From Bispira polyomma (taxonomy: Eukaryota): a stretch of 64,000 nucleotides of DNA. Positions 23,057-38,000 of the stretch are shown here, in pieces. The translations under genes and the position numbers were made by a program. Under the pieces are notes generated by a model, which had not been told where the DNA came from, did not search any database, and worked only from the letters and a program-made list of their open reading frames with translations. Positions within the stretch are counted from its first letter, which is position 1, and each line of letters begins with the position of its first letter. The stretch spans positions 13,888,001 through 13,952,000 of the forward strand of contig OZ287753.1 of assembly GCA_965649765.1 (NCBI GenBank), in the 5' to 3' direction.

Positions 23057-26000
23057 GTAAATATTTTATAATGTTGCTCAGTATCTTTCAAACCATTGGT
23101 TTTGCATCTTCCCACCAGAAGAGTTAATGTTTAAGGTACTTCTTCTTTCAAGAACTATAGAACCAAATCACATGAAATATGTGATTTTCTGTGAATTGTA
23201 TTATTTTTGTGCAGGGTGTCTGCTGTCTGCTGGCTTTGAATTATGGTTTGTGTTTATTTAAAGAAAAAATATTGCAGGTATTATCACTAAATTATATATG
23301 GAGGTGTATTAGTTCAGTAGCGTGCGTGGTATTAAATTTGAGCCCATTTCAAAATACAAAATAGCAGCCATCAGCAAAGTCGTAAAAACTGTTTCTGCTC
23401 ATTTTAAGAACTATTGCAGATAGCATCACCATATTTTATATGGAGGTATATTAGGTCAGTGGTAGCGTCATCGGTAATGATTTTGGACCCATTTCAAAAA
23501 ACAAGATGGCCCGCACTGTCTAACAACCCAAACTGAAGGAAGTTTGATGGTGAACTATTGCAGAACTATCATCAAATTTTATATGTAGGTGTATTGGTCC
23601 ACTGAATCTGGATAAACTTCCCCCACTACATACTTTAATTTTGATAAAGATAAACAAATTAAACCAAATATTAAAAAAGACTGCATGTTCAATATTTCAA
23701 GGATATTTTTTCATTTAACACCATTTATTCTGTTTCTTGACATATTTTACTTAATTTTAATATATTTACTTCGGACGTGTCATTTTTGTTTACAAATACA
23801 GTTTTCTAGTTTATTGTTATAATTAGTGCAGAACATATTTAGTTAGGTATAGCACTAGGGTGGGACCCCATTAGAAAGTTCACACATGTCTGAGTTAATA
23901 AATTCAGCAATCAACATTAGTTACATCAGTCTTTCAGCTTAGTTAAAGTTTATGTTACACACTAAAGGTTCTCAAATGATATACCACATCTGATAGTAGA
24001 CACTCTCATGTTAGATCTCTCAAAGCTCTAATCAATTAACAAGTGTTTCGGTATAGTTACATCCAAGAAGCCAAACCATATTATAACAAGCATTCAGTGA
24101 GAGCTGAATGGTCGCATATCTCTTGTCATCAGACAAAATCTACTTTATGATATGAACAAGAATCTAGTGACCGCTGACGTAGTCAGAAATCGAATATTGT
24201 TCAAGCGAACAAACCAAATAACAAAAATGAAAATATAAACTAGCTGAGAATTATAGCTAGCTATTTTGTATGTAATTTTGCTTTAAAACCTTATAAAAAC
24301 GATTTAATTTCTTGCCGATAATTTAATAGTTTAATGAATTTCCTGAATTGCCGAACACGTGAGTTGACCAAATCGGCTTCAAATCCCATTTTCAAAAGCT
24401 GTACTGACCAAACTTTTGATCTGCATTGACTGGTAATAGTAAGCTAAAAAAAATCTTATTATCGCCCACGTCTTAAATTTTTGCGAACCATGAGACAAAA
24501 TCTTATCAAAACAATCGCATTAAACAAATTTTTAGTTAATTTTAGGGTAAAATATTTTGTATTTTGACAACTTCATTGCGATTATTAATGGGTCTGTTAA
24601 TATGCCTAGATTTCATTGGTTACTGTGTTAGCGATTCTAATGGCTGACCACACATGCAGCTGTGACAATTCAAAAATATTGCGTAGATAAGCTAAAATTA
24701 TGATATATTTTATTATTTAATGGAAATTTAATCCATCTTGCTTTCCTAAAAATAATAAAGCATTTCTGTAACCACCTACTTTTTGTGATACATACATCTC
24801 CTTCAATACCCAGGCCTCCACGTAAGAAGAACATCACAACGTTTTGAGTAGATTAGAGGTGATGTCTCAATTGTAAAGGAAATAAAAAAAGATTAAAAAA
24901 TAAGGCTGACTGCCTCATCATAAGGATGCAAAAAAGACTGACTGCCTCATCTTTAGCCACAAGCCATCCAAACTCCCTAAAATTAAGATTGAATTGTCAA
25001 CAAAAATTCTAGAAAGTGCAGTCTTTTTGCACAATTTGGCCAAAATGATGGCAACATCTCTTGTCAAACATTCGAGATAATAAAACATCTAATCAATCAA
25101 ATTTCTTAATTGAGCCTTAGTTACTCACTGACTGATGATTTAGTTAATATTAGTTAGTTTTTCAATCATTTATTGATTAACATTAAAAGACTTTTATATT
25201 GCTAAATTAGAAACATATTAGTAAACACACAAATTAGGAATAGATAAATGCAGAAATGTGTTTAAAACGACGAATGCAGTGTGAATACTTGTTTGGGGTG
25301 AAAAATATAGTAAGGGAGTGTAAAATGTGACAGGGGTTGCACAGTATGGCAAATATGGCAAGAGATTTTTTTAATATTTGTATTGATTTTTCCCTTTATA
25401 TTGTAGATATTTCGAGTACAGCTCCCACGTTACTGGCCTCCCTGGATAAGAATCAAGGTACATACTGTTCATATGTAGAATTTTAACTGCCGCACATTTT
25501 GACGAATCTTTTTCTTGTATTAATAACAAGTACCCTGAGACATTCTTTTTGATTTGTGTGTCCTTTAAATTTTCAAAACTTTTTCTCATATTCATTCAAT
25601 ACAAGGTCTCGTCCTCAACTCTTACTACTGCCACGAAATGATTAAATGACAGAGAAATGATAAGGTTAGTCCCACAGTTGACTTGAATATTAAGCAATCT
25701 TTGGCAGCCATATTAGGTCAAATGGGCTTGTTCTCAAATAGACTAAACGCTATTGAGACAGCATCACTAGACTTGACACCAAAGCAATCTTCAGATGGGC
25801 CTCTGGCTGTCATTGGCACCGAGGTACCCATCTCATCTCAACAGGAAGTGATGGATCTAGAGAGCAGAATATAGATGTGCCTTTGGTTGTCACTGGCACT
25901 CAACAGACGAACAAGTGAGCAGAAGATCCGACTGTAATATAGAGGTCCCGAAGATCACTCCACTAGTACAAGTTCTAGCTTGTCCAGGGGCAAGTGCTAC

Positions 26001-29000
26001 GGACGATGTAAACAGAGCATCAGTACCCCCTAAAATATCAATATTGAGGCTAGGCAGAAGTTTTTAGATGTATACGGCTGTGAATGCTGACAATGCGCAA
26101 CACTTCTCCGAAGAATGTTACTGAAAATGGTCATCAGCCACTACCGAGTTATGCGAAGACTTTACATTGAAGACATTGCTGACTATTTCTTGACTTAATT
26201 TATTATGCAGCCTTTGGCAGTCATCTTAAGTCACTAGGAAGCTTCAGGACTACACAAAATATCAGTAATTGAGGCGAAACAGATTTTTGGAGGTTACTCT
26301 TTTTAAAAGATTACCATAGATGTGACATCTCAATCACAGTATTACCACCAGCTCGAAATTGGAGGAAGCTGTGTAGTTTTTAAGGAGTTTCAGCCTTGAG
26401 AACTCCTTGACTGAGGGCAGCTATACTGGTTCATTTCAGCTATACCACATCGATTGCTGACATTTAGAAGAGTAGGCTTGAGCTTAAGTCAGTGGACTTA
26501 GAAGAAGACAGCGTTCCGATGACTGTATTCAGTTACGGCTTCTATTGGGCAAAGGGATGTTCACTTTGATGGAAACTTCAATGTCTGAGAGCAAATATGT
26601 GTTTTCTGTAAGTAGAAAGGCATTTTTTCCTGAAGTTGTGTTCCAAGATGTCAATGAGGATGATTCACAGAAGCTGACAATTTTATCCTTCATACAGAAT
26701 GTTTTGTTCCTGTGTAGAAGTTACCTGAGATTCAACAAAACTTACATGTGAATAGAGATGCTGCTACTTCACATGAGGACAGCACACTTTCTTCTTTTAT
26801 GTATACTCACTCTGAAGTAAGGATATCTCTTCAACCAGGGAATCTTTCAGGTGTTGCAGATGTATCAGAAGGAAGTCATTATCAGCCAGGAGGCATTTTG
26901 TCCATTTTTTGGCAGGCACGGCAGCAATGAAATTGGAAGAATGTGCCTGGGAAATTTTGTATAAGTACTGCAAATTTTGAAGGAAGAATATTGCATGAAA
27001 TTCAACATTTTTATTCTTGAAAAATTATGTGAGAATTTCAAAAAGATATTTTGGTCGAGACAAACAGCGATTTAGATGAAAGCCGTTTGCCAAATGATCA
27101 ACAATAATGCAATACTTCCGGTATAGAAGAGCATTGTCTAGTTTTGTTTCAAAAACCTGCCAGGAAATGGGGGACATTGGCAGATTTTAAGCCAGGTAAT
27201 CCAGTACTTTCTTCTTTCGACTATCTTGATGGAAACTGCGGAAATATTTTGGAATACATCGAAAATACCAAAGATATCACTTCTATGTAGATGAAAGGTC
27301 TTACTGGTTAACCTCACTACCATTTGAAGGTTTTATATCCCAGTACATACACGATTACCTGTTAACATCCAAAACAAGGCAAGAAGTTGATAGCAGTCGA
27401 TTACTAAGGGCTGGTACATCTTCTTCAGAAGTTAGGATGGGTGATCTGTTGTACTTACAGAGTAGGTTTTTCAACTTAAGGAAAGATCGATTTGTTATAA
27501 GGAAATAATCATTCCATGTTGAAATTTTTTTGCATATGTCTCCCATTGGGCGAATGGCTTCAGTGGAGTACACCATACTACACAGTTCCCAGGAACCAGA
27601 GTAAAGCTATGAGATTTTAATATGTAATACAGAAAAAGGCTGTGGTTCACAAGTTTATTAGTATACTAGCATGTTAGACAACTACTATATACAGTTAGTG
27701 AAGGGGCATAAGGTGACATTAAGTTAAGATAAGTTGGGGTAACCCTAAGGTGAGTATAAGTTAAGAAAGGAAGGTTACCATAAATTAAGTTCTTAAACTG
27801 GAGTTAAGGTGACCATAATTCTGAAGAGGAAAGAGGTGACCCTAACTTGAATTTAAAAGTTCAGTTTAAGAATTGAAGATTTAAATTAAAGTCGATAAAT
27901 TTAAGATTTTGAAGAGAGATTAGAATTTAGAAATTTTAATAAGTGATGTGTAAGAGTACATAACGTACTCCCCAAAATAAGTTGACGTTAGCGTGGTATA
28001 ACGGGGTATTTTTAATAGCGTATACTCCACCACAAGTCTTTTAGTATAGGGTAACCGACCCGGGTAGATGGTAAGGCAGCCATCTTGTAAAGTTTTTTAA
28101 ACTCAGAATTTCCCCTCTCTAGCTCTACTGCGACAGTCTTAAATGATTGAGCAATACAACCCCTTAATAACATTTTACAGTTGGTGGAAAATAATTAACT
28201 ACTAAATTAAACACTTTAACAAAACAGCAGTATCCAGACATCAAGATAATACACCACAGCAGGAATCTCCAGGTCACAATCTGTCTAAAGTTCGTCATAG
28301 CCCCAAAACACAGAGCCTAGAATGGTAAACTATACATCCCATCTTGCATCCGACCAGGAGTACTGTGGTGACGAGCCCAGACACAAGGTCCGAACGAGCC
28401 TGCGGCTTATACTAGCACAACATGGCTTGACATGGTCACTGCTGCTCTGTAGATGACCTTGTAAGCATCTGAAACTAGTACAAGAGTTAAACAGGGCAGA
28501 GGAGGGTGGGTATTTTGAAGTTGTTCTTGTGCTGACGGTTGATGAAAAGGAGGGAGATTTGAATTTTCCTGCCTTTTATAGTATAACGCAGCCAGGCGTG
28601 ACCAACAGTCTGGTACCCCGAACTAAACCCACCAACGCTAGGGCGTTGCCTTGTACAGTTCCCAGGAGCCAGAGCAAAGCTATGAGATTTTAATATGTAA
28701 TACAGAAAAAGGCTGCGGTTCACAAGTTTATTAGTATACTAGCTTGTTAGACAACTACTATATACAGTTAGTGAAGGGGCATAAGGTGACTTTGAGTTAA
28801 GATAAGTTGGGGTAACCCTAAGGTGAGTATAAGTTAAGAAAGTAAGGTTACCATAAATTAAGTTCTTAAACTGGAGTTAAGGTGACCATAATTTTGAAGA
28901 GGAAAGAGGTGACCCTAACTTGAATTTAAAAAGTTCAGTTTAAGAATTGAAGATTTAAATTAAAGTCGATAAATTTAAGATTTTGAAGAGAGATTAGAAT

Positions 29001-32000
29001 TTCGAAATTTTAATAAGTGATGTGTAAGAGTACATAATGTACTCCCCTAAATAAGGTGACCTTATGCCCCAAGTACTGTGATTCTTTATTTATTGACCTT
29101 TGGTATTTCTTTATTATTTAACAGATAAAATTTTAAAGTTTGAGGTGAGAAGAGATATCCCAAACCACCAAGCCCAAATCTTTCTAGGGGGTAGTTTGTA
29201 GGGCCGTAGCAAAGGAATCAGCCACTTGAGTGCCTACCTGAGCAGAATCGGTAATATATCGCCACACGCAATCCGACGTCTAGGTGCCATGCCGCTGAAT
29301 GTCCTGCAGACGAACATTGTTATAAAAGCGAACGTGGCCTCTGAACGCCGGAATGCATGAAAGGTTAAATTTGAATGCTGCATATCCATTAAAGCCAGAA
29401 CATTCTTGAGTTGGCGTCTCACCCGATTATTCGTCATTGGAACCCAAGAACTATTAATCTTATACTGAAATAAAGGGTCGTTCTTGCCAGGGAGAGACAC
29501 AGCTAGTACAGCTTTTAGGGCCCTGACTGGGCACAATTTAGAAGAGGGGAGAGCTGGTAATGACAAAAGCCTCACTGCATCATTAGTTTGCAAAGTCTTG
29601 CTCCATTTAACCAAAAGAAGAACATAGCCAGGTTTAAACAAAACGTTTAAGGGACGAGAACGCCGCCTTAGAGTGGGGGCACAAATTAGATAAACGGAGA
29701 AAGCTGAAAAAACTTGTTACATACATAGCTTTAAAAATAAGACCCATATAGGTGGATTCACATTTTTCTACTACTTTTAACATGAGAGGAATGTCAAACA
29801 CACTTTTTAACTTGACCTGAAGTGGTCTATTAACCAGGAGAGCCCTAGTATACTAAGAAATCCTAGGGTCAGAGAAAGCTTGGATATCCATATGGAATAG
29901 AATTCATTTAGCTTTTACAGCCGACAAGTAATTGGCAATTTGAGAAGAAGACACACTGTTATAGCTTAAAAATTCTAGAAAAGTAAGAATATGGAACACA
30001 TTCACCTGGGAGGCTGGCCAAGCCATAAAAATGCTGAAAGTTGTAAAAAGCCTAAACATGCTATCATAAGCAGCAGTGGTAGAGGCAGCTAGAGCAGTGT
30101 GCATCCTCTTGCAGGCCAGACTTGTCAGCAAATTTTCAATAGGATTACTTCCTGAAAATAAAACAAAAATTTTGTTAAATATCAATATCTATTTCCAATA
30201 ACGCTTCATCAGTCGGAAGCCATTTTACAGGGCCTACCCATTCATGCAACAACTGCACATTATTTTTTGTCTTATCCCACCTGGATAGGAGGTCGGCAAC
30301 CTTATTTTTGCCACCAAGTATGTGAATAACTTTAATGTCTATGTCGAACTGACTGACCCACATATACATATTTCTAGTGTAGGTTGCCAGGACCAGGTCC
30401 TGGGTGCGACCACTGGTCAGAACGCTAACGACGGCCTGATTGTTGCATTTAAATAATACTCGTTTACCTTGCCAATTACTGGTCCATAACTTTATAGCCA
30501 CAAGGATATTGATCATTTCCAAATATGCAATATTATGTTGAGACATATTCTGTGGGACAGTTAACTTGTACACTTGCTCATCATATATACCCCCCATGCC
30601 AGTCAGACAAGCGTCCAGTTCCACCTGGGCATTAATTGGTCTATGGGCAAAGAAACTAGTACCATTGAATTGCTGCATAAATGTGCTAAACCAGTTAAGA
30701 TCTCTTTTGAATTCGGTAGTAATTGAGAATCTTTTCTTGCTATGGTTATCTCTTAAGAACTGTAACATTCTGTTAAGGTATACCTGAGCATACTTGATAC
30801 ATTTCGAGACGTATAAAAGGGACCCAAGCAATGACTGCAATTCTTTTTAGTACAACTTTGCTTATTCTCCCATACTTGACATAATTTTTTAATTTTGTCC
30901 ATTGTCTCTACAGGAATCGAAGTGGTAAAGTCCACTGTGTTAATTAAGATGCCTAGGCATACTACCCTTGTGTCAGGAGGAACTAGCTTTTTGGGGCTGA
31001 CCTAATTCACCCAAAAGAGTCTGTCATATATAGTAGTGATTTGACTCGGAAGAGCTACACATAAAAAATCATCGATGTAGGCATGGATGTGAAATCCCTC
31101 CTGTAACATAATAAATCGAACCGCATCCGAAATTCTCTGAAAAATAGTGGATCCGTTCTGAAAGCCGAACGGGAGAGATCTATCCAGATATTAGGAATCC
31201 CACTTTAAACCCAACAAATCTACGTCGCCTGGATCAATAGGCACGTGCCTGAATGCGCGACTTATGTCCACCTTGAATATCTGACAACCTCTGCCTAATT
31301 TTTGGACTTCATTGGTGAGATTATCAACTGAAGGATAGGATAATATAAATTCTGTAGCAAGATATTTGTTGGAAAAAGCCCCCAAATTTACCGACTCGCC
31401 AATTGGCCAGCTAAGGTCAACAATGACCCGCCTATTACTCGAGCTGGATTCATTGCGCGTCATCATGGGGGAAAAATGCATTTTTTCTATTGGTGGGCTA
31501 CGAAACGGGCCCAATATAGCACCATGCTTACATTCTTCTTTTAAATAAAGGTCTACGTGTTCTGGAAAGACATTGGCTGAGCTGTGATTGGAGCCATCCG
31601 ATTGACTAATGTTTTCACGAATCACATCAAACTACTGAACTTTATTCTGGGTACGCCATTCACAATACGTGGGGTTATTTTTAGCCCTTTTTAAAAGCTC
31701 TTTTTTGTTGATTTTTTGCTTTAATTCTAAAGCATATTTATCACTGACTACAGTGTCCTCAGTATCCACTGGTTTTGTTTTATGCCAAATACTAGCACGT
31801 ATATCAACAGTATTGCGTCGCACTGAGCTACTATTTTTTTCTTCTATGTATCTGTTTGCATCACATTATTTGTGTTGACAGAGTCGGTCGAATCTGAAAA
31901 AGCTCGTAAATTGAACCTATTGTGTACAGATACTGGGCTAGGGTCACACATTTTAAATTCTTTACAACTTTTGACTCCCCTTCTCTGTCTATACTCAGCC

Positions 32001-35000
32001 TCGCCCTCAGCAGTGCTTTCCCCCCCACTAGTCTTGCCCTTGTGGGGGGTAGTACCGCATGGGTCTGGCCCGAGATTGACAATAGGGTGTTTGCTTTTGT
32101 TTCTATAATATGTGTGACTTTCGCTAATATATGCTGACTGTTTATTTGTGTTATACACAATACTGGAGCCAGCTTGATTTGCGTCCCAAGAAATACCTTG
32201 CCGAGGTTTTTTAATCACTTCACTATAGCACCTCTGTTGTACTGACACATTTTTGTAGCGATATTTCTGTCTAATAATTCAAAATTTTTAAAACCTGTCC
32301 TGTAGAAATGTCTACTAGAACCTTTCTTGTCGCCCACTGCATTGCTGCAGTGGGCTCCTAGTTTTTTGCCAATTTTCGGTTACAATTGCTGCTTTTATGT
32401 GCCCCAGCACAAGTTTCACATACATGCTTAAAAAAGGTATTTCCGCTCTTGTGGCTTGAAGGAAATTTGCACGTGCCTTCTTGATAAAACTTGCAGTTGG
32501 CAGAGCCCTGCTTCCCCATCCCCACAGTCTTGTTACTACTACTGCCACTACGAGTACTATTATAGCTACTGCTACTACTAATGACATGTCTCTGGGCATG
32601 AGCTCACCTCAACCGGTCTAATTTTTCGACTTCCGTCCATTGAAGTTTGTCAATTTCCATCGTGGTAAACTCGACCGCATGGCAGGCTTTGGCTGCCTCC
32701 CAGGAAAAATCCTGAGAGTCCTCCATTAAGCCTGCCATATAATCTAACATGATTTCCGGCTTTTTCTCGTCTTGAATTATTCTGGTAAACCCACAGACCC
32801 ACTGGCTAAGGGATAGATTATCATAACTCAGACGTGTTTTAAAATTGCCTGACAGAACATGATTTTGAGGCCATTCGACCACCCTTTTAACAAGCACGTC
32901 GACCCCCCCCCCTTTCTCTGGGACTTAATCTTGCCTTTTTTCGGGTTTTCATTGATTCCTTAAGCTTGACTAGCCACTGCTCGACCTGGATCTGTATGCA
33001 GGTATTTTTCTTCAAGAACTCGATGCTAGGAATCACATTATCATCACTTATAGTATTGACCTATTCAACCGAAGCAGTCACTGGACTAGCGTTGGAAATC
33101 GAACTGTCCTGAGTTTTAGTAGAGTTCGTGCTCAGAGCCGCCTCCGTGATCAAAACACGCTTGTCAAGTCGTTCCATCATCTGGCCCATACTTTCTAATT
33201 TCAACAGTATTTTACTAGAGACAATGGCCAGACTATCAGGAGCTTTGGACACTGCCCCCACGTGCAACACCCGGTTACATTTGTTACCAACTGGCCTAGC
33301 GTGTTTTCCCATACATTTTGCACAACTATAGACTTTAATTCGTGGCATTATGAGAGAGGTTAGTTACACTAAAAATCTTAAATTGTAAAAATAGTAAAAT
33401 ATAAAAATGTAAAACACAAAACAAAGACTCTCTGCCAAACCCTTCAGGTTATTCTATTTTGAAGTTGTTCTTCTGCTGACGGTTGATGAAAAGGAGGGAG
33501 ATTTGAATTTTCCTGCCTTTTATATGCAGCCAGGCGTGACCAACAGTCTGGTACCCCAAACTGAACCCACCAACGCTAGGGCGTTGCCTTGTAGAGTCGC
33601 CTGCTTAGGAGGCTGTACCAGTGGTATCTCAAGATGAATTGGAAGTTTCCTCAGTCGCTGAATATTTCAATTTCTGGACGATTGTGGCATGAACGAATGC
33701 CACAGTCATCTAGATAACAGCCTAGCATATTCCAGGGGATTTGAATGTTTTGGCAGATGCTCAATCTTACAGAGACAGGTTGATTCAGACAAAATGGTTT
33801 CTAAATCCTCATGTTGCATGATTATTCATTGTTGATATCAACATGTGGTTGATTTGTTTGCGCTAGATCATAATTTCAAGCTGCCACGTTCTGTCTCCTC
33901 TGTCTTGAACAATCAAGCTTGTATATACCCATTGGCTGGTTAAGGTAGTGATATACCTTTTAAATTCGCATGTCTGCGTTGGCTAATGGGTTGGATGGCT
34001 CCAACATAAAGCAATATTAGGAAATGTATTTCTAATAAAAAATTTAATTGACAATTAAATTTTTGAAATTTGCAAAAAACGTTTCGGGATAAATACGCAT
34101 TAGTTAAACTCTGATATCTGCACATTTACTTAAGGTAACAATATAAAATAAATGTTCTGAAAAAGCAATAATACACTTTCTCACGCTTTTACATCAATAG
34201 TAGCAGTCTTTGATAGAATTTTCAAATTTTTGCTTCATCACCATTTATTGTTTTCTCGACAAGAAAGTGAAAAAGCAGCAATTTAATTTTTATAGACCTC
34301 ACTATGTTGGGCTGTGGTCGTATTTAATGGCTGTTTTGTAAACGACAAAATCTACACAACAAAAATGGCAACTATGTGGGGGGATATTGGAAATTTTAAG
34401 GAAAACTTATATTAGCTGTAAGAATTAGACCTCACTTATCGTCTGTATTTGTTTTTTGGGTTTACATGCAAGAACTTGTGTGATTAATAGCACAACTATA
34501 TGTACAACTATATGTAAGCCTGAATTGTAAGTTCCAACTCCAGTTTTCATCACCGACACATTGAAATGAGTATTGGCGTCCATTTTTGTTGTCAGTTACA
34601 CAACATACACTTTACAAAAAAAAGATATACAACAGTCTTCTTAACCAATGAAATCACTTCATACTAACAGACCTTGACCTAAGCAGTGCTGTTATAAACA
34701 TCTTAATCGTGGTCTCTGATCTTAATAAAATTTTCAAAATACAAAATATTTTACCCTCAAATTAAATAATGTGTTTGTTAGGTTGTCAGACCCTGGAGCT
34801 TTTATCTCTGAAGAGGTTGCTGTTGTAATTTTTTTTATGAATTAATTGGCTTTAACTGAGCCATAATAAGTCATTTACCTTACCCTTACTTTTGGCCAGC
34901 TCAAGATTGTGACCCTTTACCGATCACTGGCTTCATGTTACTATTTGTAATAATTTTTTTTAAAAACATTAATATTTGTAGTGATTTTTTCCCCTTTACC

Positions 35001-38000
35001 TTGTAGATATTTCGAGTACAGCTCCGAGGTTCCAAGCCTCTCTGGATAAGAATCAAGGTACATAGTTTGCACATGTAGAATTTGTAACTGCAATACAGTT
35101 TTTGCAATTTCGATCTTGTGTGTGTAATTCCTTTAATGAAGTCATCGGCTTTTGTGAGTGAAAGTATAAGATGTTTACTTTAACTACTAGTGCTGGGATG
35201 ACATTTGAGATATATGACCCATTTTGTAGAAATGTTTGAAATACAGCCAATTAATATATCAGGCGTCACTGACAACCTGATACTATTTGTACTCATATAT
35301 TTTTTGGAAATTACTGTTTGTACGGATTTATTTTTTTTATTCTTGTAGATATTTCGAGTACATCTCCCAAGTCCCTTGCCTCCCTGGATATGAATAAAGG
35401 TACAACATGTTCATATGTAGACATTTTGACTGCAATAAAGTTTGAACAATTTGAACTTGAAAAATGGCCAAGGGACCTAGTGGTTAGCAAGCATTGCGCT
35501 TCACAATCACTGGTCTCTCACCTCTGGGCGGCGTGAGTTCGACTCCCGTCGATGCCTATGTGGGAAAGGTGATAGTTCCTTACTGTGGGCTGCTGGTATC
35601 AGTGCAGAACCTTGATCAACTGTATGCAGTGTTTCCTCCAGCGTTTCCAACTACCCGTCCCAATATAACCTAAAACAGGTAATAGAGTGGACGTTAAATA
35701 TCCCAATTTAAATTCAAATTGAAAAATGGCCAGTTTTACTTGAAATGAAAATTGATCTAAAATTAAGTTCACTTTATGTTTCTTATCAGCCGCAGCTGAT
35801 ATTGTTTCAATTCTGAAACGGGTATTCATTAGAATATATTTTGACAAATATTTTATATTCCTAAATGAAAAAGATACAAGGAATTAGTTTATAAAACTCT
35901 CCACAAGCAACTTGTTTTGTAACTGCTTGTCTTCTTTTGTTCATATAATCAAATAATACAGACCACTTGTAAAGTTATTATTTTGTATTGTACCATTCTT
36001 CCAGATACTAACAGTGATATAGTAACAACCTGCACCTCAAGATTGACAGGTAAATCTCTTGGATGTTAATAATCTATATTAATAAGATGAATGTTAATTC
36101 ATTACCAAACTCTTTCTGGTATATATATGAATAAATATGTCAGTTTGAGGAGAAAGCTAATGAAAACACATACTTCATACAACTATTCTATTAGAAACAA
36201 CATCCGGGTTCTACACAAACACATATCCTCGATCAATCTACTCTCCGGTATATATGCCACTGTTAGAGTATTACTGCATATTGGTACATCCCTTCTCTTT
36301 CAAAAGAAAAATTACAGGACACTCATTTAACTATAAATTAAATAAATCCACCTGGACTATAACTGATGTGAGTTATATTGATTTTGTTTCACAGACTTTT
36401 TGTACAGTTAAGGAACATTTAACTACCTATAAAACTTGAAAATAATAGCTAGCAAATTTGTTCTTTGAAGAAACAGTCTAACTGTAAATAAAAACAAATT
36501 ACACAACCGAAAATAACTAAATTTAAACATATTGCATTATAAAGAAAGAGGTGTCAACAACAACAAAATTCTTAGATTACCATGAAGTAATTATTAATTA
36601 ATATGAGCATGTAAAGAAACTAACAAAAAGTCTAAAAATATACATTTGTAAGTCATATATAATATATTAAGAAAGTCAAACATTATATTTCACATATTCA
36701 CATAGAGCCATAACATACATAACTTAAAGGCTATTGGGTAGTAATAATGTCTTTAACAGCATATTTTATATTTTAACAAGAATAGTTCTTTAGATATTCG
36801 GGAGCTTTGTGTTGTCTGTTAGAGCGTCGCACTCCAGGGCTGCTTTCTGGTTCCAAGCTGGTCTTTTCTGTGGAAACAACCTTATCTGGTTTCTGGTCAC
36901 ACTTGTTGTTATCGTTAACATTTGGCTCATTAGAAATCATTGCTTCATCCTGGTTGTGTACATTGGAAGTGTCATCACTTTTGTCGCGATCAACGTCTGC
37001 TTCGTTTGTGGTTTTAAGATCATGTCTTTTTCTGCGATAAACTGTAGCCTCAACCTCATATAAACGTTCGTCAAGTCTTTTGAGTAATTTAGCCTTTCTC
37101 CAGTCTTCTCGGTTGTTTACCAGTGGTCGCAATCTGACCACTTGACCATCACATAGAGGTCCCAGGTCTTTTGCATGTTTGTCGTAGTACCATTCCTTCC
37201 ACATATCTCGCAACATTTGATTCTTTTTTTACTGTTTTACTATCTTTCAACAGTTCATCTTTCACTGGCAATATTGTCCTTGTCATTCTTGTGAACATTT
37301 TTTGTGCAGGGCTGGAACCAGTATCTTGTGATGGTATATTTCTGTACTCTAAGATGGCTATGTGGGGATCTTGGTTATTTTTTACGTGTGTTCGTCAACA
37401 AATTGGCTTCCCAAAAATTGCTGTAATAGTCAACAGCGATCAAGCAGTATTGGTCTTCCAGATCAAATGGACCAATACTAACTTTTTTATAAGGTCTGTC
37501 TGTAAGTTTATATAAAATAAGAGTTTATTTTTGTTGCTTCATGTTATACATGTTACAGATTTAACACTGTTAGAAGTACTCCTTGAGGTCACTGTTCATT
37601 CCTGGCCAGAATACCCAGTCATGGGCTCTGCGTAAACATCGTCCAACACCTGTGTGTGTAACGTGAAGCCCCTTACGGATTTCTTTCCTCATAGCTGAGG
37701 GGACCACAATCTGGTTTGCTTTAAAAACTAAACTATTGTGCACAGTAAGTTCATCTCTTAAATGAAAATATGGCATGACCTCTAATGGCACTTGATTTTT
37801 TTTGTTCTGGCCAGCCAGTTCCGATTATATCCGCTAACCATAGAATCACTGGGTCTGACTGCGAAACCTCCTGAATAATCTTCAACCTTTCTTGTCTGAC
37901 AAGTGGATGTGCTAATTGGCTCACACAATCATTAGATTCTGGTCCTGTGGTGTCTTTTAAATAAGATCTAGACAAAAAATCAGCTATGTGCATTCCTTTA

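Larger units (their letters stand above)
27582..33593 (-). mobile_element. Ngaro-type tyrosine-recombinase retrotransposon, full-length outline, ORFs disrupted
   Basis: Split direct repeats A1(33455-33593)-ORFs-B1(28655-29064)-A2(28511-28655)-B2(27582-27990). Gag, RT/RNase H and YR in order. No TSD. Confidence 0.93.
25600..33930 (+). mobile_element. Old DIRS1-like retrotransposon relic, split by the Ngaro insertion
   Basis: Decayed RT at ~27100-27581 (LMET, YIHDYL, LLQKLGWVI, GRMAS). It resumes at 33594 with SRLLRRLYQWYL, HIPGDLNVLADA and VDLFA..NFKLPR. Outer limits are approximate. Confidence 0.7.

Noticed and set aside
34782-34815. Additional sulfotransferase microexon
   Set aside because: 34 nt would shift the frame, and the donor is weak.
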